DNA of 64,000 nucleotides from Myxococcota bacterium. GTDB taxonomy: Bacteria; Myxococcota_A; UBA796; SXON01. Under the pieces are notes generated by a model. The model made no database searches. It saw nothing but the letters and a program-made list of their open reading frames with translations, and was not told the origin of the DNA. Position 1 is the first letter of the stretch. Each line of letters opens with the position of its first letter. The stretch is taken from the NCBI GenBank assembly GCA_040386535.1, contig JAZKFH010000015.1, forward strand, positions 32,001-96,000, in the 5' to 3' direction. The translations under genes were made by a program, and so were the position numbers. Below, one piece after another: positions 48,630 to 57,299 of the stretch.

Positions 48630-48929
48630 ATGAGCGGAGAGGACCTCGGCTGGGCCATCTCCACGTTGGCGAGCCGCGCGAGCGCCGTCTGGCGGTTCCG
48701 CCTGTTCGTCCTCCTCTTGCCGGTCGGGACCTTCGGCATCGCGCTCGCGGCGACGGAGCTCCGCATGGAGAGCCTGTGGTGGCTCGTGGCCGTCGTGGGC
48801 GCGATCTCGCTCGTGGGGGGGGTGGCTGCGCTTCGGCGCGGCCCCAGCATCGCGGAGGTCGTGCGCGCGCATGCGGTCCTGCAAAGCGTTGTTTTGGAAC
48901 AACAGGGAGTGAGTCATGAGCGAACGTGA
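48630..48929 (+). CDS. Small 2-TM hypothetical protein
   Basis: ATG ORF in operon orientation with two hydrophobic segments, overlapping the next gene. Confidence 0.5.
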   Translation: MSGEDLGWAISTLASRASAVWRFRLFVLLLPVGTFGIALAATELRMESLWWLVAVVGAISLVGGVAALRRGPSIAEVVRAHAVLQSVVLEQQGVSHERT

Positions 48930-49542
48930 GCAATGGGACGGACACTACGCGGACGGTTTTTTGCCTTGGGATACCGGGCTGCCCGAGCCGCTCCTCGTCG
49001 AGCTCGTGCAAGGCGGGGGCGTCCCCGTCGGCCGGGTGTTGGAGATTGGCTGCGGGACGGGCACGAACGCGGTCTGGCTCGCGCAGCACGGCTACGACGT
49101 CGTGGCGGTCGACATCTCGCCCCTCGCGGTCGCCCGGGCGCGTGAGCGCGCGGCCTCGGCGGGCGTCGGGCTGGACGTCCGGGCGGTGGACTTCCTCAAT
49201 GAGCCGCTCGGGGCGGGCCTCTTCGACCTCGTCTTCGACCGGGGATGTTTCCACGTGTTCGACGCCGCGGTGGACCAGGACCGCTTCGCCGCGCGCGTGG
49301 CGAGCCTGCTCGCGCCGGGTGGGCGGTGGCTGAGCCTTGTCGGGAGCACGGAGGGCCCTCCCAGGAACATGGGGCCGCCCCGCCGGTCCGCGCGTGACCT
49401 GGTGGTGGCGATCGAGCCGCACCTGGAGATCCTGGAGATCCGGAGCGTGGTGGACTCCCCGGGGACCGGGGTGCGCATGTGGAGCTGCTTGTCGGGGAGG
49501 CGGGTGGTGGGGGCACAGCCGTCGACGCTGCGGAGGGGGTGA
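48916..49542 (+). CDS. Class I SAM-dependent methyltransferase (TPMT/UbiE-like)
   Basis: WDGHY...PWDTG.P, VLEIGCGTG, VDIS, FDLVFDRGCFH, LAPGG. Confidence 0.9.
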   Translation: MSEREQWDGHYADGFLPWDTGLPEPLLVELVQGGGVPVGRVLEIGCGTGTNAVWLAQHGYDVVAVDISPLAVARARERAASAGVGLDVRAVDFLNEPLGAGLFDLVFDRGCFHVFDAAVDQDRFAARVASLLAPGGRWLSLVGSTEGPPRNMGPPRRSARDLVVAIEPHLEILEIRSVVDSPGTGVRMWSCLSGRRVVGAQPSTLRRG

Positions 49543-49601
49543 TGGGGCGGGCCGGAGCGATGTGCCAGCCCGGCAGGGCGGGCATCCACCTGAACACGGC
49601 C

Positions 49602-49680
49602 GGTGCGCAACACAGAGGGTGCCTACGCACCCCGAGCGATCGTCACCCCACAGGTGCACAACTGTCAGGGTGAGGGGTCC
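49602..49680 (-). repeat. Left REP-like array (one full plus one truncated 46-bp unit), inverted relative to the right arrays
   Basis: The reverse complement of 49600-49680 aligns with about 50896-50976. Full unit GGTGCGCAAC-ACAGAG-GGTG-CCTACG-CACC-CCGAGC-GATCGTCACC at 49602-49647; the next unit starts at 49653. Confidence 0.85.
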
Positions 49681-50002
49681 GGATCAACCTGCACGACCGT
49701 GCGGCGGGCAGCGACGACGCGCGCGCCCCGACCGACGACCGCGGGCCATCCACCTCGACGCTCACGCAGGCGCGGCGCGGGTCGGTGACACCTACCGCCA
49801 GCGCTCGTACCACGAAAGGGAAAATGGCGGCCGGCTTGGACCTTCGAGGATGAAGTCGAGGCACGTACCCCACCCCCACTCGTCGATGGTCCGCGCCATC
49901 GAAATATCCGGCGCGGGGCTTGACGGCGCTCGGATGACGAGAGTCCCGACGGACGTCTGACGGTTGTCGACGCGACGCCGCAAGAAACCCAGGGGCGCGG
50001 GT

Positions 50003-50018
50003 TGGCCTGCACCTTGCA
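50003..50018 (+). promoter_or_regulatory. Sigma54 (-24/-12) promoter upstream of the RAYT-like gene
   Basis: TGGCCTGCACCTTGCA = GG-N10-GC with a TTGCA -12 element; the ATG follows 12 nt after the motif. Confidence 0.6.
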
Positions 50019-50030
50019 ACACCTCGCCGC

Positions 50031-50831
50031 ATGCGCACCTTTCATCTGACATTCGCGACGCGCGGCCGCCAACCCGTTGCCCCGGACGAGAGCATCCGCC
50101 GTGCGCTCGTCCGCGTGATCGTGCGCGTCGCGGGCATCTCGCTGGTGTTGTTCTGTGTCGTCGACGATCACGTGCACGTCGTGGTGCTGTGCACCCGCGA
50201 GGTGGCGGGGCGGCTCGCCCAGTCGTTGGTGTTGGCGCTGCGCGGCGCTTCGCCGGTGCCCGTGCGCGCGGCGGACATCACGCCGGTGAACAGCCGCCCC
50301 CACATGGTCGAGCTCCTCCGCTACGTGCTGACCCAATCCGAGCACCACGGGCTCGCCGCGCCGGCAGCGCTCTGGTCCGGGTCGTGCTTCCCGGATCTCG
50401 TGGGCGCGCGTGTCATCGAGGGGTGGCGATACAATATCCGCGAGGCGCTCCCCCGGTTTCGCCGTCGCGACGCGTATGTTGCGGTCGGGCTTCCGGCTGA
50501 ACCGCTGGAGCCCGTTTCCATCGCGCGTGTGCGCGAGCTCGGCGCGTGGCGGCTCGCGGAGGCCGCGGCGGGCGCGGTGGGCGTCGGGCCCACGCTCATC
50601 GGGCGGGCCGCGCCCGTCGTCGCCGCCCGCCGCGTGGTCGTGCAGTTGGGCCTGCACGCGGGCATCGGCCCGTCGGAGATCGGCGCCGCGTTGGAGTTGA
50701 CCCGTTGGGGTGTGTCGCGCCTCGGGGCGGGCCCATCGCCCGCCGCGGAGGTACGCGCAACCCGTTTGCGGTTGGCGCTGGAGGACGCCGTCGTGCGCTT
50801 GCCCATGAGGCTGGGGGCCGCGGCCGGGTGA
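50031..50831 (+). mobile_element. RAYT-like HUH/Y1 tyrosine transposase-family nuclease with C-terminal HTH-like domain
   Basis: N-terminal FHLTFAT strand, HUH motif DDHVHVVV, Tyr helix LLRYVLTQ..HHGL, WSGS, and C-terminal ARRVVVQL...GIGPSEIGAALELTRWGVSRL. Flanked by palindromic repeats. Confidence 0.8.
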
Positions 50832-51215
50832 CAAACCGGGATGGTGACCCGGCACCCTCGTCGTTGGTCACCGCCGTGGTGACAAACGCACGTGGTGACC
50901 CCTCACCCTGACACTTGGACACCTCTGTGGAGACAATCGCCGGGGGCGAGCGCTCACCCTGTGAGTTGCGCACCGGCCTGTCGTCGCGGGGGTTTCGGGC
51001 CCCGGCGACCTGCCCGCCGCGCGCTTGAAATTCCCCGAACCTCGCGCGGTCGACGACCCTCCGCCGCGGTGACAACCGGGGAGGGTGACCCGGCACCCTC
51101 GTCGTCGGTCACCACCGTGGTGACGAACGCGCACGGTGACCTCTCACCCCGACAGTTGCGACCCTCTGGGGTGACAAACGCCGTGGGTGCCGAGTCACCC
51201 GATGAGTTGCGCACC
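50827..51215 (+). repeat. Right REP-like arrays: 2 x 3 units of a 46-bp symmetric element (51-bp period; blocks repeat at 241 bp)
   Basis: Units at 50827, 50878, 50929 and 51068, 51119, 51170; consensus GGTGACAAAC-N6-GGTG-N6-CACC-N6-GTTGNNCACC. Confidence 0.9.
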
Positions 51216-51399
51216 GGCGGGGGCGCCTGACCTCACGCCCCGCCGGAAGGCGCCGGGGCCGACCTCGCCGGCGCCCGGACCGCTCCGCCGCGCCCGGCCG
51301 ACCGGAGCGCGCCGGGCGCCGCGCCCGGCGGTCCCCGCCGCTTCGGCGGGACCGAGGCCCTCGTGGCCGAGCGCGCAGGGGGGCCAAGGGCGCCCTGAT

Positions 51400-51415
51400 C
51401 TGAATGACCATTCAG
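51400..51415. promoter_or_regulatory. Perfect inverted repeat, probable TetR-family operator of the fadA-fadB operon
   Basis: CTGAATG-AC-CATTCAG, 45 nt upstream of the thiolase ATG and upstream of a TACATT -10-like hexamer. Confidence 0.6.
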
Positions 51416-51460
51416 CCGACCGTCGGATGCGCTACATTTCGCCCTCCGGAGGTTGTCCCG

Positions 51461-52672
51461 ATGCCCCAGCCCGATGCCTGGATCTTCGACGCCGTGCGCA
51501 CGCCGCGCGGCCGCGGCAAGGAAGGGGGGGCCCTGTGTGGGGTCAAGCCCCTCGATCTGCTCAGCACCGCGCTCGTGGCGCTGCGGGACCGAAACGGGCT
51601 GGACACCTCGCAGGTGGACGACGTGGTGGTCGGCTGCGTGACCCAGGTGGGCGACCAGGGCGCGTGTATCGCGCGGACGGCCGTGCTCACGTCGGGGTAC
51701 TCGACCGACGCGCCGGGCGTGACGCTCAACCGGTTCTGCGCGTCGGGGCTCGAGGCGGTGAACCACGCGGCGGCGATGGTGGCGTCGGGGTTCCATGATC
51801 TCGTGATCGCGGGCGGGGTGGAGAGCATGTCGCGCGTGAAGATGGGAAGCGACGGGGGGGCGCTCTTCGATCCGCAGGTGGTCTTCTCCGTGGGGGCGGT
51901 GCCGCAGGGCATCAGCGCCGACCTGCTCGCGACGCTCCGTGGCGTCACGCGTGACGAGGCGGATGCGTTTGCGCTCGACAGCCAGCGCAAGGCCGTGGCC
52001 GCGATGGACGCGGGCGCGTTCCGCCGCAGCGTGGTGCCGGTGACGGACGAGAACGGGGAGGTCATCCTCGGCGTCGACGAGTTCCCGCGTCGGGACGCGA
52101 CGATGGCTGGGCTCACCAAGCTCACGCCGAGCTTCCAGATGATGGGCGAACAATTCGGGCTCGACGCGCTGACCAAGAACGTGTACCCGCACCTGGAGCG
52201 CATCCGGCACATCCACCACGCGGGCAATTCCAGCGGGATCGTGGACGGGGCGACGGCGATGATCGTCGGGCGCCGCGCGAAGGGCGAGTCGCTGGGCTTG
52301 CGGGCGCGCGCGCGCATCCGTGCGGTGGCGGTGGTGGGCGACGAGCCGGTGCTGATGCTCGACGGGCCGGTCCCGGCGACCGAGAAGGTGCTGCGCAAGG
52401 CGGGCATGACCATCGGCGACATCGACCTGTTCGAGGTCAACGAGGCGTTCGCCGCGGTGCCGCTCGCGTGGCAGCGCCACTTCAAGGTGCCGAGCGAAAA
52501 GATCAACGTGCACGGCGGATCGATCGCGCTGGGCCACCCCCTTGGCGCGACCGGCGCCATGTTGCTCGGCACGGTCCTCGACGCGCTCGAGGATCGCGGG
52601 CTCTCCACGGGCCTCGTCACCCTCTGCGTGGGCGGCGGAATGGGCATCGCCACCATCATCGAGCGGGTGTGA
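51461..52672 (+). CDS. fadA: 3-ketoacyl-CoA thiolase (beta-oxidation complex beta subunit)
   Basis: DAVRTPRGRGK, NRFCASG, HHAGNSSGIVDGA, NEAFA, GHPLGATG, CVGGGMG. ATG at 51461 after GGAGG. Confidence 0.92.
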   Translation: MPQPDAWIFDAVRTPRGRGKEGGALCGVKPLDLLSTALVALRDRNGLDTSQVDDVVVGCVTQVGDQGACIARTAVLTSGYSTDAPGVTLNRFCASGLEAVNHAAAMVASGFHDLVIAGGVESMSRVKMGSDGGALFDPQVVFSVGAVPQGISADLLATLRGVTRDEADAFALDSQRKAVAAMDAGAFRRSVVPVTDENGEVILGVDEFPRRDATMAGLTKLTPSFQMMGEQFGLDALTKNVYPHLERIRHIHHAGNSSGIVDGATAMIVGRRAKGESLGLRARARIRAVAVVGDEPVLMLDGPVPATEKVLRKAGMTIGDIDLFEVNEAFAAVPLAWQRHFKVPSEKINVHGGSIALGHPLGATGAMLLGTVLDALEDRGLSTGLVTLCVGGGMGIATIIERV

Positions 52673-52674
52673 CC

Positions 52675-54783
52675 ATGTACACGATCACCAACGACGACGG
52701 CATCGTGACCCTGACCCTCGCGATGCCGGGGAAGGTCAACAAGATCAACCGCGGGTTTGCCGAGGGTTTGAGCGCGGGGCTCGACGAGGCGCTCGCCGTG
52801 CCCGGCCGCAAGGGGATCATCCTCGCGTCGGGCCACCGGGACTTCTGCGTGGGCGCCGACCTCGACATGATCTACGCCCTGCGTGACGCCGCGGAGGTGC
52901 GGGCCGTCACCGCGGGGCTCAACGCGTTGCTCAGGCGTTTGGAGACCTGCGGCGTGCCTGTCGTGGCCGCGCTCACCGGCTCCGCGCTCGGCGGGGGCTG
53001 CGAGGTGGCGCTGGCGTGCCACCACCGCGTGGCGCTCGACGCGCCGAACGTGCAGATCGGCCTGCCCGAGGTGAACCTGGGTGTCATCCCCGGCGGCGGC
53101 GGGACGCAGCGGTTGCCCCGGATCATCGGGATCCAAGCCGCGTTGGAGATCATCGCGCAGGCGCAGATCCTGCGGGCCGCCAAGGCGAAGAAGGTGGGCC
53201 TGGTCGACACGCTCGCGCCGACGGTCGAAGGGGTGTTCGAGGCGGCCCGCGCCTGGATCCTCGCCAACCCCGGGGCGAAGCAGCCCTGGGATCGTGGCGG
53301 GAAGCCCCCCGGCGTGCAGCCTGGCACCGAAGAGGCGCGCAACCTGCTGCTCATCGCCTCGGCGATGCTGGCGAAGAAGACGGCGGGCAACTACCCGGCC
53401 GCCGAGGCGGCGATCCGCGCGGTGTCCGACGGACTGGCCGTGAACTTCGACACCGGCGTGGCGATCGAGGGGCGCCACTTCGCCAAGCTGGTTGTGTCGG
53501 ACCAGGCGAAGGACATGATCCGCACGTTCTGGTACCACAAGAACGCGGTCGAGCGGCAGGAGGGCCTCCCCCGCATCGCGGAGGCGCGGTTCCAGAAAGT
53601 GGCGATCCTCGGCGCCGGCATGATGGGCGCGGGCCTCGGCTTCGTGTGCGCGCAACGCGGGTACACCGTGGTGCTCAAGGACATCCGCGAGGAGGCGCTG
53701 GTCGGCGCGCGGGCCCACTGCGAGGGGCAGGCTGCCGCGCTCAAGCACCTGCCCGAGGCCGAACGCGCCGCGATCCTGGGGCGCATCACCTACACGCTCG
53801 ATCTCCAGGACCTCGTCGGCACCGATCTGGTCATCGAGGCGGTCGTGGAGGACGTGGCGGTCAAGGCGCGGGTCACCGCCGAGGTCGAGGCGCTTCTGGG
53901 AGAAGACGCGGTGTTCGCGTCCAACACCTCGGCCATTCCCATCTCGATCCTCGCCAAGGCCTCGAAGCGCCCCGCGAACTTCGTCGGCATGCACTTCTTC
54001 TCGCCGGTCGAGAAGATGCCGCTGTTGGAGATCATCGTGGGGAAGGAGACGAGCGAGGAGACCGTCGCCCGCGCGCTCGCGTTCGGTTCGCGCATCAAGA
54101 AGACGAACATCGTCGTGAACGACGGATATGGCTTCTTCACCACGCGCCTGTTCGCCAGCTACATCCTGGAAGGATGCCAGCTCGTCGCCGAGGGCCACGA
54201 TCCGGTGCTGGTCGAGTGGGCCGGCCGCAAGACCGGGATGGTCGTCTCCCCGCTCAAGGAGTTCGACGAGGTCACGCTGACCCTCGGGCTCCACGCGTTC
54301 GAGTCGCGCGGCGTCGTGACCGGGAAGAAGCTCGACCTCGCCGGCGTCGAGCTGGTGCGTCGCATGGTCAAGGAGCACGGCCGCACCGGGAAGGCGGGTG
54401 GCAAGGGCTTCTACGAGTACGAGGGCGAGCGGCGGATCTGGCCGGGCCTGCGCGATCTGGCGACGGGGACGCCCGCCAAGACCGGGGTGGACTACCTCGC
54501 GCGCCGCCTGATGCTGATCCAGGCCGCCGAGGTGGCCCGGGCACTCGACGAGGGGATCGTCCGCAACTGGCGCGACGCCGAGGTCGGCGCTATCTTCGGC
54601 GTCGGCTTCGCGCCGAACACCGGCGGGCCGCTCGCGTGGATGGACCGCCAGGGGCTCCCCGCGTTGGTCGAAGAGCTGCGCGGCCTCGCGACCGAGCTGG
54701 GCGAGCGCTACACGCCGGCGCCGATGCTCGTGCAGATGGCGGAGCGCGGGGAGCGGTTCTTTCGCGAGGAAGCGGCGTCGTAG
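52675..54783 (+). CDS. fadB: Fatty-acid oxidation complex alpha subunit (hydratase plus 3-hydroxyacyl-CoA dehydrogenase)
   Basis: FCVGADL, ALGGGCEVALACH, GLPEV..G..PGGGGTQRL, GAGMMGAG, VIEAVVE, ASNTS, GMHFFSPV, GKGFY. Confidence 0.92.
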   Translation: MYTITNDDGIVTLTLAMPGKVNKINRGFAEGLSAGLDEALAVPGRKGIILASGHRDFCVGADLDMIYALRDAAEVRAVTAGLNALLRRLETCGVPVVAALTGSALGGGCEVALACHHRVALDAPNVQIGLPEVNLGVIPGGGGTQRLPRIIGIQAALEIIAQAQILRAAKAKKVGLVDTLAPTVEGVFEAARAWILANPGAKQPWDRGGKPPGVQPGTEEARNLLLIASAMLAKKTAGNYPAAEAAIRAVSDGLAVNFDTGVAIEGRHFAKLVVSDQAKDMIRTFWYHKNAVERQEGLPRIAEARFQKVAILGAGMMGAGLGFVCAQRGYTVVLKDIREEALVGARAHCEGQAAALKHLPEAERAAILGRITYTLDLQDLVGTDLVIEAVVEDVAVKARVTAEVEALLGEDAVFASNTSAIPISILAKASKRPANFVGMHFFSPVEKMPLLEIIVGKETSEETVARALAFGSRIKKTNIVVNDGYGFFTTRLFASYILEGCQLVAEGHDPVLVEWAGRKTGMVVSPLKEFDEVTLTLGLHAFESRGVVTGKKLDLAGVELVRRMVKEHGRTGKAGGKGFYEYEGERRIWPGLRDLATGTPAKTGVDYLARRLMLIQAAEVARALDEGIVRNWRDAEVGAIFGVGFAPNTGGPLAWMDRQGLPALVEELRGLATELGERYTPAPMLVQMAERGERFFREEAAS

Positions 54784-54824
54784 CGGGTTGTCCGCGTTGG
54801 ACGAGGAGCTTCCGGGGCAACCCG
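54784..54824 (+). terminator. Possible stem-loop immediately after the fadB stop
   Basis: CGGGTTGTCC...GGGCAACCCG arms with one G-U pair; large loop and no U tract. Confidence 0.35.
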
Positions 54825-54844
54825 TATCTCTATATGCGCGCGGA

Positions 54845-55278
54845 GGTTTTCCCCTTCCTGCTTTCCTCTATTCCTGCTTTCCTGAGTCTCCGGAGTCCGG
54901 ATCCGGAACAATCAGGAAGGCAGGAAAGGAATCCCGAACCCCGGAAATCCAGGTCCGGTTTTCCCCCTCCTGCTTTCCTCTATTCCTGCTTTCCTGATTC
55001 TCCGGAGTCCGATCCAATCGGGAAGGCAGGAAACAAGGAAGGCAGGAAAGGAGTCCCGAACCCCGGAAATCCAGATCCGGTTTTCCCCTTCCTGCTTTCC
55101 TCTATTCCTGCTTTCCTGATTCTCCGGAGTCCGGATCCGGAACAATCAGGAAGGCAGGAAACAAGGAAGGCAGGAAGTAGGAAAGGAAGGAACCGAAGAA
55201 GGCGGACTGGAGAACCGAGTCTTTGTTCCTCACTCCTGGCTTCCTCTATTCCTGCTTTCCTGATTCTCCGGACTCCGG
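54845..55278 (+). repeat. Tandem array of about 112-122-bp hairpin units built from TTCCTGCTTTCC and GGAAGGCAGGAA
   Basis: Units start at 54845, 54957 and 55079, with a partial unit near 55225-55278. It lies between convergent genes and is lower in GC than the flanks. Confidence 0.9.
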
Positions 55279-55319
55279 CTCCCCAGACGGCTGCTACGCC
55301 AAATCGGAAGCCGGAACTC

Positions 55320-57203
55320 CTACTCCTTGTTCAACCCGAACGGATCATTCGGATCCGCGGGCGCAGGCGCAGGCGCAGGCGGCGCGACCACCGGCGCAGG
55401 TGCCGGCGCGGGCGCAACAACAGGAGCGGGCGCCGCAGGAGTCTCCGACGCACCCGACGGCGCCACCACCGGACGGGGCACCGGCGCGGCGCCGAGCGGA
55501 CCGAAGGTGCCGTCGAACGCCTTGATGACGAACTCGACGCGGCGGTTGTTGCCACGGCCGGCCTCGGTGGCGTTGGTCTCGAGGGGCTTGGTCTCGCCGT
55601 AGCCCATGCCCTTGAGGCGCTCGGGGTCGACCTTGCCGATGGTCGTGAGGTGCTTGACCACCGCCTCGGAGCGGCCCTGCGAGAGCTTCAGGTTCGACGC
55701 GTCGTTGCCGACGTTGTCCGTATGCCCGGCGACCTCGACCCGACGGATGTCGACGTTGCCGTTCAGCACGGCCGCGATCTCCTCCAGCAGCTCGTAGGAC
55801 TGCTTCTTGATCGTGGTCTTGTTCGTGTCGAAGTAGATCTTGTCGAGGATCTCGATGCGGTCGACCGTGACGAACACCCGCTTGGGGCAGCCGTCGGAGC
55901 GCTCGGGATCGATGCGGGGATCGGCGGGCTCGTCGGGACACTTGTCGCGCTTGTCGGGCACGCGGTCGCTGTCACGATCCGGGCAGCCCTTGGTGTTCAC
56001 GGGGCCGGCCTCGTCGGGGCAGGCGTCGACCTTGTCGATGAGCGTGTCGGCGTCGCGATCGGGGCAGCCCTTGTCGCCCACGGTGCCGGGCTCGAGCGGG
56101 CACTCGTCGTCCCCGTCGAGAACGCCGTCCTTGTCGTTGTCGGGATCGGGGCAGCCGTCGGCGTCCTCGAAGCCGTCCGCGTCTTCGGCCTCGTTCGGGC
56201 AGCTGTCGACCTTGTCCGCGATGCCGTCCTTGTCGTTGTCGTTCTCGGGGCAGCCGTCGCTGTCCTCGAAGCCGTCCTTGTCCTCGGGGACGTCGACACA
56301 GGCGTCGACATCGTCGTAGAGGCCGTCCTCGTCGATGTCGTAGATGGGCGCCTTGCCCGCGGCCCGGTAGCCGATGCCGGCGATGACACGCACGTCCGGC
56401 GCGCCGACGCCGCCCACCAGGCCGGTGCCGAGGCCAAGCATCGCCTGGATGCCCGACGGCTTGCCGTAGCGCCCGTAGGCGTGGAGCTCGAAGGGGTTGT
56501 CGGTCCATGGGCTGAGGCCGCCGATCACGTCGACCGTGCCGTCGAGCTCAAGCCCCACAGCCAGCGCGGGGGTGATGGCGTAGTTGCCACCCAGGGCGAG
56601 ATCCAGGCCGGAGCCGATCTCCTGCTCGCCGAGCGTGGAGGTCTTGTTCGCGCGGAAGCCGACGTTCCCGACGAGGCTGAGCGCGTCGGTGAAGTGCACC
56701 CCCGCGGCGGCCGCGAGCCCACCGCCCACGCCGCCGGAGCCCGTGTAGGCGCTCGGCTCACCGGTGGGGATGGAGAGCATGGGGACGACGGCGAGGTGGA
56801 CCTTGGAGTCCTCTCCGAGCGGAATGCCGATCACGCCGCGCAGGCGCGCATCGCCGCTGGAGATGCCGTTGAACGAGGCGTCCGGACCGCCGCCCACGTA
56901 GGGGTAGAGCGGCAGATCGAGGCCGAACCGGACCTTGCCGAGGAGCGTGTAGCCGAAGGCGAGGCGCGTCGCGAACGAGTCGGTGACGACAGACTCGGTC
57001 GTGCCGTCGGCGAAGGTCTGCACGAGCGGGTCGTGCGCGTACACGAGGCCGAGGCCGCCGTACGCGGCGCCGGGCCAGCCGAGGGTGGGAGACTCGACCT
57101 GCATTCCGCCCTGCGCGTCGAAGGCGGAGCTGGAGAAGGAGAACGTGTCCACGTCGAGCGCCGAGGCGGCCGGAGCGAGGAGGTGGAGCGACAGCAACAG
57201 CAT
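55320..57203 (-). CDS. OmpA-family protein with N-terminal barrel and thrombospondin type-3 repeats
   Basis: D.D.DG..D..D.CP...ED.DGFED.DGCP repeats; IYFDTNK, VAGHTD, NLKLSQGRS, GYGETKP, NRRVEF. Confidence 0.93.
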   Translation of the reverse strand: MLLLSLHLLAPAASALDVDTFSFSSSAFDAQGGMQVESPTLGWPGAAYGGLGLVYAHDPLVQTFADGTTESVVTDSFATRLAFGYTLLGKVRFGLDLPLYPYVGGGPDASFNGISSGDARLRGVIGIPLGEDSKVHLAVVPMLSIPTGEPSAYTGSGGVGGGLAAAAGVHFTDALSLVGNVGFRANKTSTLGEQEIGSGLDLALGGNYAITPALAVGLELDGTVDVIGGLSPWTDNPFELHAYGRYGKPSGIQAMLGLGTGLVGGVGAPDVRVIAGIGYRAAGKAPIYDIDEDGLYDDVDACVDVPEDKDGFEDSDGCPENDNDKDGIADKVDSCPNEAEDADGFEDADGCPDPDNDKDGVLDGDDECPLEPGTVGDKGCPDRDADTLIDKVDACPDEAGPVNTKGCPDRDSDRVPDKRDKCPDEPADPRIDPERSDGCPKRVFVTVDRIEILDKIYFDTNKTTIKKQSYELLEEIAAVLNGNVDIRRVEVAGHTDNVGNDASNLKLSQGRSEAVVKHLTTIGKVDPERLKGMGYGETKPLETNATEAGRGNNRRVEFVIKAFDGTFGPLGAAPVPRPVVAPSGASETPAAPAPVVAPAPAPAPVVAPPAPAPAPADPNDPFGLNKE

Positions 57204-57299
57204 GCCCGGACACTACCGGGAGGGCGACGTCCGCGCAAGGTCAGGGCCCTTTCAACACCCCTGCGTTCGCCCTGCTGACCGCCACTCCGGGGGCCTTTG

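Noticed and set aside
50031..50831. Ordinary IS200/IS605 insertion sequence
   Set aside because: The protein is much longer than TnpA, has an HTH-like tail and no tnpB, and is flanked by multi-unit arrays instead of single subterminal hairpins.
50827..51215. CRISPR or integron attC interpretation of the 46-bp units
   Set aside because: The variable parts are only 5-6 nt, there are no cassette ORFs between units, and no cas or tyrosine-integrase gene is present.
54845..55278. Possible CRISPR array or short ORFs within the repeat
   Set aside because: There are no unique spacers, the units are about 112-122-bp hairpins, and no cas genes are present. The small ORFs are translations of the repeat.
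55940..56345. DNA-level repeats inside the OmpA gene, and GACACC-type repeats near 43000-43080
   Set aside because: They are explained by TSP3 protein repeats and low-complexity Asp/Thr linkers.
53016..57278. 1420-aa + strand ORF and other long ORFs (31-1764, 29247-32402, 51412-54378, 14637-17135, 42048-44603)
   Set aside because: These are shadow or alternative frames of well-supported genes in very GC-rich DNA. They have Arg/Gly/Ala-rich composition and no recognisable motifs.
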